From Setoptus koraiensis (taxonomy: Eukaryota; Animalia; Arthropoda), in NCBI GenBank assembly GCA_048013815.1, contig CM106585.1, positions 8,742,001-8,806,000 of the forward strand: 64,000 bases of DNA, written 5' to 3'. The position numbers and the translations under genes were made by a program. Every line of letters starts with the position of its first letter. The first letter of the stretch is position 1. Positions 1 to 10,530 of the stretch are shown in pieces. A model generated the notes under the pieces. The model was not told the origin of the DNA. It ran no database searches and saw nothing but the letters and a program-made list of their open reading frames with translations.

Positions 1-211
1 ATAAAGAGAATGTTTTTCCGCGGCGGCAAGTCGCTATTATTGGCTGCTGATTGTGTTGTCATTTAATTGGATGTTGCATGTGGCCAGACGCACGTAGACG
101 CACTTGATATGTTTAGTCACGTTTGAGAGGGCCCACAAACAAACGCTTTGTTGCAACAATATCGCTATGAATACGTCGCTGCAAACCGCGTTCTGTGCTG
201 TGTACCATTTT

Positions 212-284
212 AGCAACAACAACGACGACAAAAACAACAACAACAACAAGGACAGAAACGGCAACAACAACAACAACATCAACA
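212..284 (+). repeat. Imperfect (AAC)n microsatellite
   Basis: Runs of aac/caa triplets with gac/ggc interruptions; explains the poly-N/L/V ORFs at 37-337. Confidence 0.85.
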
Positions 285-1560
285 AATGAGCTAGAAAAGA
301 AAGAGGCTATAGAGACCTTGGCATAGCGAGTTGTCACAAACGAGCCAACTCATCATAATTGGATTGTTTGTGAATACTGGTGTCTGCGGATGCCGGGCCC
401 ACGCAATAGTGACCCGACAACAAATCAGCAACCATTTCGGCGCCATTATTGTCACAGCGGTACAGCCGTCAGCCGGGCCCCACTTCGGGGACCTTGATTT
501 CTCGAATTGGTGCCTTGGGTTAGTGCCCGAAATTGGCGTGTCTAGGCGCACAATAACTCACTGTGGACTTGCAGCGTTATAACAGCATCATTTGTCACTA
601 GTGTTTACGCTACTATTGCCATCACAACAAATGTCACTTACAATAAATCTTTACTTACTGTTATGACAGGCCTATGAATTCGCCTTGGGCACAAGAATCC
701 TCACGAGATTGGCCACTCGCTTTTTTTCTAGACTTCAATATAGAGTCTAGCAAGATTCTTATTCCGGACAGTGTCTTCGTTTGCTTACATGGCGCCTCTA
801 TTTTAACAATCCAGTCCAATGATATGTTTATCAGACCAAATTTGTCATATATTTTCGGCGAATTAGAGTGCCTGCTCGATGTCAGTTGCTCTGTTTGTTT
901 TTTGGTATCGCTGCTTGTGTTTATATTTGCTCCTACGAGACAGCCCTCTCGACCTGATGGAGACGTTTTGGAAACGATTGCGGCCGACCGATCAATTTAA
1001 TATTTTGTGTACCAGCACACCGACAATTGTTAATCTGAAATCAGCTATTATTCACGGCCTCTGAGCTATGAAACTGTGGATACTTGAATTGCAGCCAAAT
1101 GGTAGCCAAATTGTGGCCGATATATAGCCGAATAGTAGCGTATGGGCGCTTGCCAGTGACATGAGCTGTTGTTTTAACCAATCCTAGATATTTTTCAGTT
1201 TTAAATAGCGATCTAATGTTTCAATGTCTAATTGTTTTGCGATGATGTGTCTACTGCATGTTTGTCAGGAACCTTTTTAGTTGCGTAGTAAGTGGTGCTC
1301 CACATATTGTTATTTTCGCTAGAGACATTGATTAATAATGATTGATATTTTGGAGTTTTGCTCGAAATTTATCCTTATTGGATTGCTCACATTGAATACA
1401 AGTGCACACACTCAGACTCACTTGCGATATAAAAAAAAATTGTTGAAAGATAGTGATAGAAAGATAGCACCTAATAATTTGGAGAACTCATCACACATCA
1501 ATGAACTGGCACATTGTCAAATTGTTGTTCAGCTTAATAGACAACAATCATATAGAATAC

Positions 1561-1606
1561 AGAAAACAGAATAGAAAACAGAATAGAAAACAGAATAGCA
1601 AACAGC
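1561..1606 (+). repeat. 12-bp tandem repeat AGAAAACAGAAT, ~3.5 copies
   Basis: agaaaacagaat agaaaacagaat agaaaacagaat agcaaacag read directly. Confidence 0.85.
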
Positions 1607-2503
1607 AAATGAAATGGAAACAAAAATGTTTGCCTTCTCTGCTACTGCAACCATAATCCTCTAATTATCGAGTAGGCTTTTCCCAATGAATCACGCTCAA
1701 TTATACAAACACAGACACTCTCTGTACAGTATGCCTGTTGTATTATTATCGCGCTGTCGAGCTTGATAATAATGCATTTTAAATAATAGTAACACTCTAC
1801 TAGAGATGATTAGCAATATAGTGACACGGCCGTCATTGAAGCAACATTTTTTCGCAAAGCACTACATCGTCAATAAAGCGTCGTTCGTCTATCGAAAAGA
1901 ACGACTTTCCTAAAAAGAATGTTCTTTTTCAAGAAAGCTGCACCATGGGAAAAAACGTATAATGATTTCAAGTGTGATTTAGAACTGTTGTTTTCTGTCA
2001 ACCGGGCCAATTTAAATCATCACAGTTACAAATACGATGATTGTCGCCAAGTCTCCGAGGAAGCCATACGAATAGTTCGAGTTGATTGGCAAGTGTCACG
2101 AACTGCAGTCCTCAAACAAGACAACAACGATGGCTAACCATCCAATCGGGCCAATGCCGAAAATTCACTGGCTGCAAGAGTTTGCAAGAGTGTCTAGCTG
2201 TTTTGGAGCCGTCGTAGGACGCTAGCATTCGTCAGCCGTGCATATTTTTAGATTTGTATAAATATAGACACTGGCTGGTTCTATTCCTAGATAGTCTAGC
2301 TTGTGCAATAATCATGCAGGCGATGCGGGGCCTCGTAACTCCAGAACAACTAAACGATAGCTGTCATAGGCTCATACCTAAACTATTGTTAGTTGGTATG
2401 AGTTGTTAGTTAAGAATAAAATTTTCTTAAAGCCACCTATCATCGTCGCATCATTGCACGATTTTTTCACAACCGATCGACCAATCAGAACAATTTATAA
2501 AAA

Positions 2504-3094
2504 ATGGCGCAAAACAAACAATTAAAGCGAACAGCTCTCCTCCTAATAGGTCTTGCCATAGTGGCAAATTTCGTAGCATTAATCAATTGCCACAACGAAG
2601 TAGACGACAATGAATTGCAACACAATGAAGGCGAACACAATGAATCACAGCCCCTTGAATTAGGACACAATGAAGTAGAAGAGGACGACGCAGAAGATTG
2701 CAACACCGAAGACATGGACGAAATGGTTCGAGCAACCCTTTCCAGTCAACCAATGTCCGGTTTGTTCAGCTATGTTCTGGGGCTAAAAGATAATGTTGTC
2801 GATCTGATAAAACAAAGACTTAATGTTGACATGGATTTGAACAAGATGAAAAGTCAACTGGGCGAAAAATGCGCAGCTCTAGAGGATTTGTACAAAAAAA
2901 TTAAGAGAAAAGTCGAAACCTGCTACACTTCTGGTTCCAACTTTCACCTCATGCTGAAAACACGATTGGATTTGGACAGCTTTGTTTTTTCGAAACCAGC
3001 TCTGACGATGCTGAACGCATGCAAAGAATGGAGATTTGGGCAGCATTCATATGTAAGGCACTTTTTTGGTAACGGAGCACTTTGGTTCAACTGA
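2504..3094 (+). CDS. Putative secreted protein of unknown function (196 aa): signal peptide, acidic His/Asn/Glu segment, helical Cys-containing C-terminus
   Basis: ATG start in aaaaATGG context; basic n-region plus hydrophobic h-region (KRTALLLIGLAIVANFVALINC); intronless ORF; AATAAA at 3139-3144. No family recognised. Confidence 0.75.
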   Translation: MAQNKQLKRTALLLIGLAIVANFVALINCHNEVDDNELQHNEGEHNESQPLELGHNEVEEDDAEDCNTEDMDEMVRATLSSQPMSGLFSYVLGLKDNVVDLIKQRLNVDMDLNKMKSQLGEKCAALEDLYKKIKRKVETCYTSGSNFHLMLKTRLDLDSFVFSKPALTMLNACKEWRFGQHSYVRHFFGNGALWFN

Positions 3095-3637
3095 GACATC
3101 GGATTGACACCGAAATCTCAACTGAGATGTTTTAAATGAATAAAATTTTGTTACAAGGCTCAATGATTTATTGTTCGATATGAGCAATCGTTTATTTTTT
3201 AAATTTGATACTGGCTAACGCAGTCTTTTTGTTGTTAATCATCCAACGGGAACCAAATTGCCAATTGCTAATTAGAGTAGGGATATTTCTGCTGCGGCCA
3301 TCTGCCAAAGTCAGGGGGAAAAGTGTGATATTTGATTGTTACAGGTACAGAAGTGACAATAGTTGGTGCAATGAGGAATATACAGACAAAAGCGGAAGAG
3401 GGGGATATCTTAAGGTGAGAGATTCGTTTATGGCTAACAAGGGATAATTTATCTGAGGTTGAGCAGGGGAAGGGGGAGTGGGTCAATTGTTCAGAAATGA
3501 GAGGGTCGCTTGTTCCTATCTTGTTATCTTGATTTCTTTAGCATGCATTCATCTCTCATAATGTTTGGAAAAACAATATGCGTCTGCTGTCTATCGCCTG
3601 ACTAAGTTTTGTGCATAAAATATCCAATTTGGACAAG

Positions 3638-4450
3638 CTAAACTTTTTTCGCTACCAACACCGGCCTATTTATAACTATCGGCTTATTCTTGATAACATA
3701 TTTTGTATCTCGCTTAGACTCGAAAGAACCGTGCTTGTCGTAGTCGTCGTGCTTATCTGTCATATCGTCAAAATCGTAATGTTCGTCACTGTGTCCCTCA
3801 AAGCCGCCATAGTGAGGATAATGCCAATCGTGATGATGGTACAGCAACGGTGGCGAATGTTTGTGATGGGAATAGTCATCGTAATCATCATAATCATAGT
3901 CCTTGCTATGCTTATGTTTGTCGTGATGTTTTTTCGGTTTCTTGTGCTCTTCTTTCTTCTTGTGATAATGTTTATGCTTGTGATCTATGTGTATGTGTAT
4001 CTCTTTCTTGTGTTTCTCTGGCTTCTTAGTGGTGGTTGTTCTCTTCTTTTTCTTCTTCTTCTTTTTGTCCTTCTTCTTTTTCTTCTTTCTCTTTCCAACA
4101 TTGCCATTGTTATCGCCAGCGTTTGCATCATTGTCATCGTCGTCATCGTCTTCGTTGTCGTTATCATCTTGGATTGATTGATCTTGACTTGATTGACCGC
4201 CACCATCTACATTGATCAACTGATCTTGGTCTTGATTGGTCCTAACTAACTTTTGTTTCTCTTCGCCATCGCTCGATATTGTCACTGATGTTACTTGAGT
4301 TTCCGTTGTTGATCTGCTATTTGTTGTTGGTGCTTGTCGTCGCCTTCTAATGGCCTCAGCCAATTGACCTTGACTTACTATGACAACTATCAAGCTTGTA
4401 GATAATATTATCGCCAGCATTGGCCAGCTCGATATTTGCTTTTTTATCAT
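3638..4450 (-). CDS. Putative secreted low-complexity protein with Asp-rich, Lys-rich and His/Tyr/Asp-rich blocks (~270 aa)
   Basis: ATG at 4450 (alternative 4420); hydrophobic stretch MLAIILSTSLIVVIVSQGQLAEA followed by RRRR; blocks DDNDNEDDDDDDND, KRKKKKKDKKKKKKKR and HIHIDHKHKHYH. A further 3' exon cannot be excluded. Confidence 0.75.
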   Translation of the reverse strand: MIKKQISSWPMLAIILSTSLIVVIVSQGQLAEAIRRRRQAPTTNSRSTTETQVTSVTISSDGEEKQKLVRTNQDQDQLINVDGGGQSSQDQSIQDDNDNEDDDDDDNDANAGDNNGNVGKRKKKKKKDKKKKKKKKRTTTTKKPEKHKKEIHIHIDHKHKHYHKKKEEHKKPKKHHDKHKHSKDYDYDDYDDYSHHKHSPPLLYHHHDWHYPHYGGFEGHSDEHYDFDDMTDKHDDYDKHGSFESKRDTKYVIKNKPIVINRPVLVAKKV

Positions 4451-5730
4451 ATTTGCTATTTTTTTGAATATCTGTTGGTTGTTTTTTCTCTCGCCTCTCA
4501 CTGCTCACTGATGTCGATTTTTCTATTTCCATCCGCTGTAACAATGTTTGTATCCTTTTACTGGTTGTTGCCACTGCTGGTTCTGAATGGTTCGACAAAC
4601 TCCACATATTGCCTCTTTATATATAGTCGACGTGTCAGAATGATACACTGAAACAAGTGCTAAATAACTCGATGCTCGAGTAAGCGTCAGAAGGTGGACA
4701 TGACCAAAGCGGAAATCACCCGATGCATTTGTCCATATCTGTAACGCTCTACCGATGCAACATGATTCGACACGCTATTTTGCACGTACAAGAAATCAAA
4801 GAATTAAAAGCAAAGGTAAGAGAGATCTAATTAGACAATCGTCACGTCGTGGCAATTATCTTTCCCAAAACAACGCGTATATTGTACAGGTGACACCTTT
4901 TTTCTGCAAGCATCAACGACGATAGTGTTATAAATTGAAAGAGATACCAATATTTCATCAACCAGATGTCTCCTTTGTTGACGTGCTCCACAAACAATCG
5001 GAAGTCGGGCACCATTTTGCAACATTGTGCCCATTATTGTTTCACAACTCACAATCAGAGTTAGTTGCTCGTGCATCACCTCGATGGTCGACTTGGCAGC
5101 TTACAAAGTTCTCGCTGATTTACTAGCTGATGAAACTGATTGACTATTCGGGTGATTTCTATCGAGAGCGAAAGTAGCTCATGATAGTCAACCAGCCGAA
5201 AATGATCTAATAGATCAATCGATTCTCGAAGCAATCGGCGGAAAAATCTCTCGCCTTTTCTATGCTTTTCATTCAACGATGAGCCATTCAATCCGATCGG
5301 AACGGCAGCTCAAGCTTGAGCTCAATCTCGTTTGCACCTTCGGTACCATTCGTCACCGACAACTGAGTCTATTCACACATGCACTAATCTACTCCCGTTA
5401 AATGGCTGTTTAATGGCTTCAGCAAGCAGCTCACTTGTTGGCTTGTTGGCAAGCTGTTAGCAGCTTGTCATTTCGCAAAAATTGCATCACTGAGCAAGCT
5501 GAAAAACCTGTTGCTCAATCAATTTGTTATCATTCATTGAGGAAATTTTCACAGTCGACTGAATTCTTATGTTGGTTTTCTGATCAGTTCCTCATGAATT
5601 TCATACAATGAAACGATCAGAATAGAAATCGGAATGGAAACCGCAACAAAATGAACCCGATCAATTGCACAAAAACGAAACAATTCGACTCGGTACCTTT
5701 GTTAAAAAAATCAGCTATCTTTTGTTGTTT

Positions 5731-8103
5731 TCAATTGACACACGCCAGTACATCATACTGATCGCATTCTATTTGTATATCATCAAATGGGAACCATCCA
5801 ACATTGTTGTTATTCACATAGCCCACCAGGGTCATGATATTCTGACTTTCATCTTTCACAATGCACCTCGCCACGATATATGGGTCGCCTTGGGCCGACT
5901 TTCCGCCAACAACGGGCAAATTGGTCACGCCGAATTGATCGGATTTGCGCTGTACCCAAGCCAATTGAACGTTTTGTGGTTTGGTCAAAACTTTGAAATC
6001 GTGCAACTCGTAAGATTTGCCCTGGCTACTAACTACACACGAGAAGCCGTGCGTTTTTCCTGGCACTATCTCATTGTTTATGCCATTGGAGCATATGAAA
6101 TAGTTTTGATTGTGATCGTCCAAGTCCCAGACAATGTTAGCCGAAGAATAGAGAGTTTTGTTGGGCTTGGACCAGGTCACCTGGTCACAGGCCATACCTG
6201 GCTGAGGTATGGTACTTTCGGAAGTGTTGTTGTCGATTATGGTTTGCTGCTGATCGGGATTGAATGGCTCAATTGTTTGTGGCTGGTGTGTGGTGCTTGT
6301 AGTGGCGTTGCTGGTGTTGTTATTTGTGTTGCCACTTGTTGTGCCCGAAGGTTTTGGGGCCAGCGTTTGCGATGTCGGCTGAGGGGACGGTTGCGACGTG
6401 GGCCCCAAAGTGAACGGCGAGGGCTCCTTGGTGCTGCTCTGTGGCGGGTTTGTGCTCGTAAACGGATTTGGCTGCGTGGGCGTCGGGAATGGCGGTGTCA
6501 GCGTTGGCATGGGCGGAAAAATTGTTGGCTCCGTTGTCTTATTGTGCGCCGGTTGGCTGTCCGGATTGCTGGGCCCGATCACGGGCGGTGGCTCTGTGAA
6601 TATCCACGGCTCGTGGGTGTCCGAGGTGCCGTTGTTGTGGGGTATCGAGGGTATTATTGTAAACGGAATCTCGTCGCTCGGGTGGGGCTGCACGGGTTGC
6701 GTCGGTTGTGTCGGTTGCGTCGGTTGTTGAGGCTGGCTCGGTGTTGGCGCTGGTGCGGGCGTTGGTTGTGGTGGGTGCAGGGGCTCGTTTATTGGCGGTC
6801 TGATTTGATTGTCGGAAGTTGGCGCGACGGGCACCATCGTTTGACATGAGCAAGAGCATAATTTAAGCACATTGGTGGCCAGCGGAAAGTTGCCGTGGCC
6901 GGGATTGTTGTTTTGCTGCTCAAACGAAATCAACAATTCATTTTTTGGGGCCTGGTGATTCTCGTTTGGCGCCGGCTTTATCAGGGCTATCTGATCGGCG
7001 GTTTGCACACTGGGATCCATCATGTGATAACTGTCCAATTTGAGTATCATCGGCTTAGAGTCGCTAGCAGAAATATCCAATTGATCCTTGATATTTCTGG
7101 CCTCGTTACTATCGTCAATTTTGACTATCGGACACGAATCCAGAGGCTTGCACGTACCGTCTAAATTGTTGTCGTTGAGATTTCCCATTGTATCGACCGA
7201 ATCGGACTCACTTTTTTGCAAATTTGACACAATCGTTTGGGCGCTCTGCTTCAGCTTGCCGTCCAAAATGCCGTTATCCATATTCATTGTAAGGCTTGCC
7301 AATAGCGATTGAGATAGGCCACCGCTTTGCTCACTTGTGCCGGACAATCGTTGCTCCTTTTGATCATCAGTGCCCCTATTCGAGGACGAGTTGACAAGAG
7401 AAACGAAAGTGGGCGACAGATTGTTTTTGATGCTACTGCAATGATACAAGTCCTTCAATTTGTTCAGATCCTCTTCGTGCAAAGAGGGGCCTCGCAGTTT
7501 TTTGTGTTCTGTTCCTATGGCGTTGTCATTTGCGTCGTTTGTTGACAATGATTCAATTTTCAGCGCAATGGGCTTGTTTGATTCTTTCAAATGATAGATA
7601 TTTTTCGGCTTGTCTACTGGTAGTCCCAGACTGCGCAATAAATGATAGCGTACAATAACTTCTGGCCATGTGAAGGCAGCCTCGGTTAATATGATCGACT
7701 GGTGTCGATGGCGACCCGTGAAACCCAACGACGACAAACCGAGCCCGTTGGGGTCGCTATTCGGGTCGAGATAGATGTAAATGAAATGTCTGAATTTCAA
7801 CTGTTCACCATAGGCGTCTAATCCGAGTGGCAACAATCTTATTTTTATGCATGTCTGATGATTTATTTGGTCAATGAAGGAGTAAATCACATTACGCTTT
7901 GTTTCATCGAGGGACACTTGATCGAGCAATATGTCCAGTTCTTTATTGGGCCACAATTTTGAGGAATCGTTGCTGGCGTTGTCAGACAAAAAGTCGTTCG
8001 TTGTTTCTGTTGTTTCGGTTGCTGTCAATGTTTGAGATATCAGTAGAATTTGTAATAGTATGAATAGTGAATAAAAGCTGCCATGTTTGTGATGGAGACT
8101 CAT
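5731..8103 (-). CDS. Secreted astacin-like pseudo-protease, Pro/Thr/Gln mucin-like linker and C-terminal DM9 (DUF3421) repeats (~790 aa)
   Basis: ATG 8103 then signal peptide (FYSLFILLQILLISQTLTA). Astacin-like order IDQINHQTCIKI...YIYI...GLSSLGFTG...QSIIL...VIVRYHLLRSLGL. PTPAPAPTPSQPQQPT linker. DM9-like motifs YFICS..NNEIVPGK, FKVL, LAWV..LPVVGG..GDPYIVAR, YDVL. Confidence 0.8.
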   Translation of the reverse strand: MSLHHKHGSFYSLFILLQILLISQTLTATETTETTNDFLSDNASNDSSKLWPNKELDILLDQVSLDETKRNVIYSFIDQINHQTCIKIRLLPLGLDAYGEQLKFRHFIYIYLDPNSDPNGLGLSSLGFTGRHRHQSIILTEAAFTWPEVIVRYHLLRSLGLPVDKPKNIYHLKESNKPIALKIESLSTNDANDNAIGTEHKKLRGPSLHEEDLNKLKDLYHCSSIKNNLSPTFVSLVNSSSNRGTDDQKEQRLSGTSEQSGGLSQSLLASLTMNMDNGILDGKLKQSAQTIVSNLQKSESDSVDTMGNLNDNNLDGTCKPLDSCPIVKIDDSNEARNIKDQLDISASDSKPMILKLDSYHMMDPSVQTADQIALIKPAPNENHQAPKNELLISFEQQNNNPGHGNFPLATNVLKLCSCSCQTMVPVAPTSDNQIRPPINEPLHPPQPTPAPAPTPSQPQQPTQPTQPTQPVQPHPSDEIPFTIIPSIPHNNGTSDTHEPWIFTEPPPVIGPSNPDSQPAHNKTTEPTIFPPMPTLTPPFPTPTQPNPFTSTNPPQSSTKEPSPFTLGPTSQPSPQPTSQTLAPKPSGTTSGNTNNNTSNATTSTTHQPQTIEPFNPDQQQTIIDNNTSESTIPQPGMACDQVTWSKPNKTLYSSANIVWDLDDHNQNYFICSNGINNEIVPGKTHGFSCVVSSQGKSYELHDFKVLTKPQNVQLAWVQRKSDQFGVTNLPVVGGKSAQGDPYIVARCIVKDESQNIMTLVGYVNNNNVGWFPFDDIQIECDQYDVLACVN

Positions 8104-9757
8104 TTTGGTATCACATTCTGACTTTTGACCAGCAAAATTTTTATGCAAGGAAGCGACAAGTTTCAAGTGAATTGAGCCACTTGAGAGCTTCATGTGGTTG
8201 CGAATAAAATGAATCTCCAACGGTCTTCAACGATCTCCGACGATGATAGCTTTTTCGGGGCCTTGTTCAAATGATCACGGAAGATGCACAAACGATTTTA
8301 CGGTTGCCTCTAACAGTAATTATCCGAGTTGACGTACAATGCTGACTTTTGCTGGGAAATTGATTGATTGATCACACTAGTTGAACAACGTTGATCGATA
8401 GTTGGAGTGTTTTGTCTCTCTAAAACGTTGCACTATCTCTAGGCCTAACAACAACAACACCAACATCCTGTCATCTGTCGAACGGTGGCGCCACTAATTT
8501 AACCTTAATAGATGATCTAGCTTGTTGAGTTAATTAATTCTGCAAATCGCTGATTCATCCATTGTGTACCATAAACAGAGAGGAAAATGTCCGTGTCCGA
8601 AAAGAGTCTTACGATAGCATGAGTTGCTCATTTAATTAGCATCGTAGTGCTTCCCTTCCTCATTGTAGTTGTATTCACATTAATAATTGATTTGTTGATT
8701 GCATTTGTAAACATCATCACTATTGATAGGTTTACACAAGCACAATTGTTTGTTGGTGACAATAATGAGCAAGAGAAAAGAGGCAGTTACATTGTGACTT
8801 TGCGTTGTTATTTTCGCAATACAATACACTTAGATGATATTTGCATATTTTCAAACTAAATCACTAGATTTATACATCATCAAAGTGAGAATAGTCGACG
8901 TTACGAATGTCAAACTGGCATAAATGATGGATTTTCTTCACTCATTGCTTGGCATTGGTTGATATTCTAAATGAGATACCATTCTAATAGCAGATTGTTC
9001 ATTGAACTATCGCAGCCTTAATTAGGGAAAACTGAAATTCTGTGAACTTGTCATTTGTCACGAAGTCCTTTTGCTTCCTTTCATTTGTGAGCATGTAATT
9101 ATTCATATTCACTGAATAATTATTGGACACGGCTCAATAGATCGCGCCTAATTGCTTCACCTACCATGCTCGAGGACACATCTCTTCGCTGGAAATATCT
9201 GGCGAACATGTGAAAATTTTCCATAGTTATCCACAATGGTACTGATTGCACTTTGGCGTCCGTTATTAGCTACAAAGTCGCGAATAGCTGGAGCAGTGAA
9301 TACGGCATACTCAGTTTTTTTAACTATAAATTTTATAGTATAAAAGGCAACTAATGTGGTGGCTCGGGATGCCAACTCAACACCGACGCTCGGCCTGATA
9401 GTAGTAAGATAGAGAATAAGTTTTTTCGCCAGAAAATTCTTTCAGTAGTTGATCAAAATAATACAGTGTGTGCAGTTATGAGCTACGTCAATGTTGTCGG
9501 TGACAGAGCATTGAAACTTTTATTTTGATGCTATATTTTATATAAATGGACAATAATCAATGTGTAACAAATTGTGAATTGTTGTCGCTTCTCTAAAAAT
9601 ACAATGGGTAGTATAGTTTAGTTTTTTATATGTCACATACATAGTAAAAATGTTGTTTCATTTCTCATTCTGCCCACTTTGGCACTCACTCGATACTATC
9701 TTGGCACTGTCTATAACAAATGTGGATGTCGACCACCAACAAGTTCAAACCAGTTGA

Positions 9758-10267
9758 TTATTTGCCCTGAAAACTCTGGGAGCTTCTACGTCTATTTGAT
9801 CCGCTGAACACGTCCATTAGATTGGCCGATCGCCCCGCCGGGCTAGAATTGTTGGATGAATTGCTGCCAGAGGGATTGCTCGTTGAGGAATTTTGCGCAT
9901 TATTTTGTTGTTGTGAGTTGCCTTGCTGGCCAGAATTGTTGCTTGAATTATTTGGATTATTGTTGCTAGTTGTTGATTGCCCATTATCATTGCCATTGTT
10001 TGAACTCTGACTATTTTGAGATGGTTGCGCGTTATTGCCGCTGTTGGTGTCACTGGACGGATTGGCGCCGTTGTCATTGGCGCCCATCAGACGATTTACC
10101 TGAGACTTGAGAGTGGCCACATCCGATTCCAGGGCGGATATACGACATGCATATGAGTTACAGCCAAGCAAATCTTTGAGAAGCATAACACCAAAGGCCT
10201 CCGAATTGGAAATTGCTGCTCCGGCCAAAATGAGGCCAACGAATAGTATTTGCATTGTCTTGAGCAT
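9758..10267 (-). CDS. Putative secreted protein: signal peptide, CxxxxC plus short coiled coil, long Asn/Ser/Gln-rich tail (169 aa)
   Basis: ATG 10267; MQILFVGLILAGAAISNSEA signal; LLGCNSYACRISALESDVATLKSQVNRL heptads; N/S/Q low complexity; TATA/Inr upstream. Confidence 0.75.
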   Translation of the reverse strand: MLKTMQILFVGLILAGAAISNSEAFGVMLLKDLLGCNSYACRISALESDVATLKSQVNRLMGANDNGANPSSDTNSGNNAQPSQNSQSSNNGNDNGQSTTSNNNPNNSSNNSGQQGNSQQQNNAQNSSTSNPSGSNSSNNSSPAGRSANLMDVFSGSNRRRSSQSFQGK

Positions 10268-10490
10268 TGTTTTTGCAGTTGATGTGTTGCTAGTAAGCTT
10301 ATCTTGAAACGTTACTTGGCAGCAGTGCCGAAATCTGGAAATATTCACCTTGAGTTGGTTGTTTGGATGTGTCAGTTTGTGATTGTTGATGATTGATTCA
10401 GCTGGATCGGATAGGTGAAGTTTTGTGGAAACTTTTATTCAACGAATTATCTACTCTTCGAATTCCAAAGGAATTTGTGGTCTATCTGTT

Positions 10491-10530
10491 GTCAGTGAGT
10501 GCTTATGAGCTTGGGTAGCATCTATTTATA
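10491..10530 (-). promoter_or_regulatory. TATA box plus Inr-like element for the 9758-10267 gene
   Basis: TATAAATA on minus strand at 10530-10523; TCACTG Inr-like sequence ~30 nt downstream (10498-10493). Confidence 0.55.

Noticed and set aside
291-1064. ORFs 291-551, 331-582, 674-1000 and 879-1064 and their antisense frames
   Set aside because: No recognisable domain or splice-supported model; may be decayed coding or TE sequence but unsupported.
3611-4181. Very hydrophobic + strand ORFs (188 aa, 64 aa) resembling membrane proteins
   Set aside because: Antisense shadows of the Lys/Asp/His-rich minus-strand gene; AAG/GAC/CAT codons read as F/L/V/M on the other strand.
4831-5400. Minus-strand ORF fragments including KWCPTSDC (IBR/RBR-ligase-like)
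   Set aside because: Single short motif surrounded by stops, without the remaining Cys/His pattern.
5665-6849. 394-aa + strand ORF
   Set aside because: TTG start, antisense to the astacin-DM9 gene, no family motifs.
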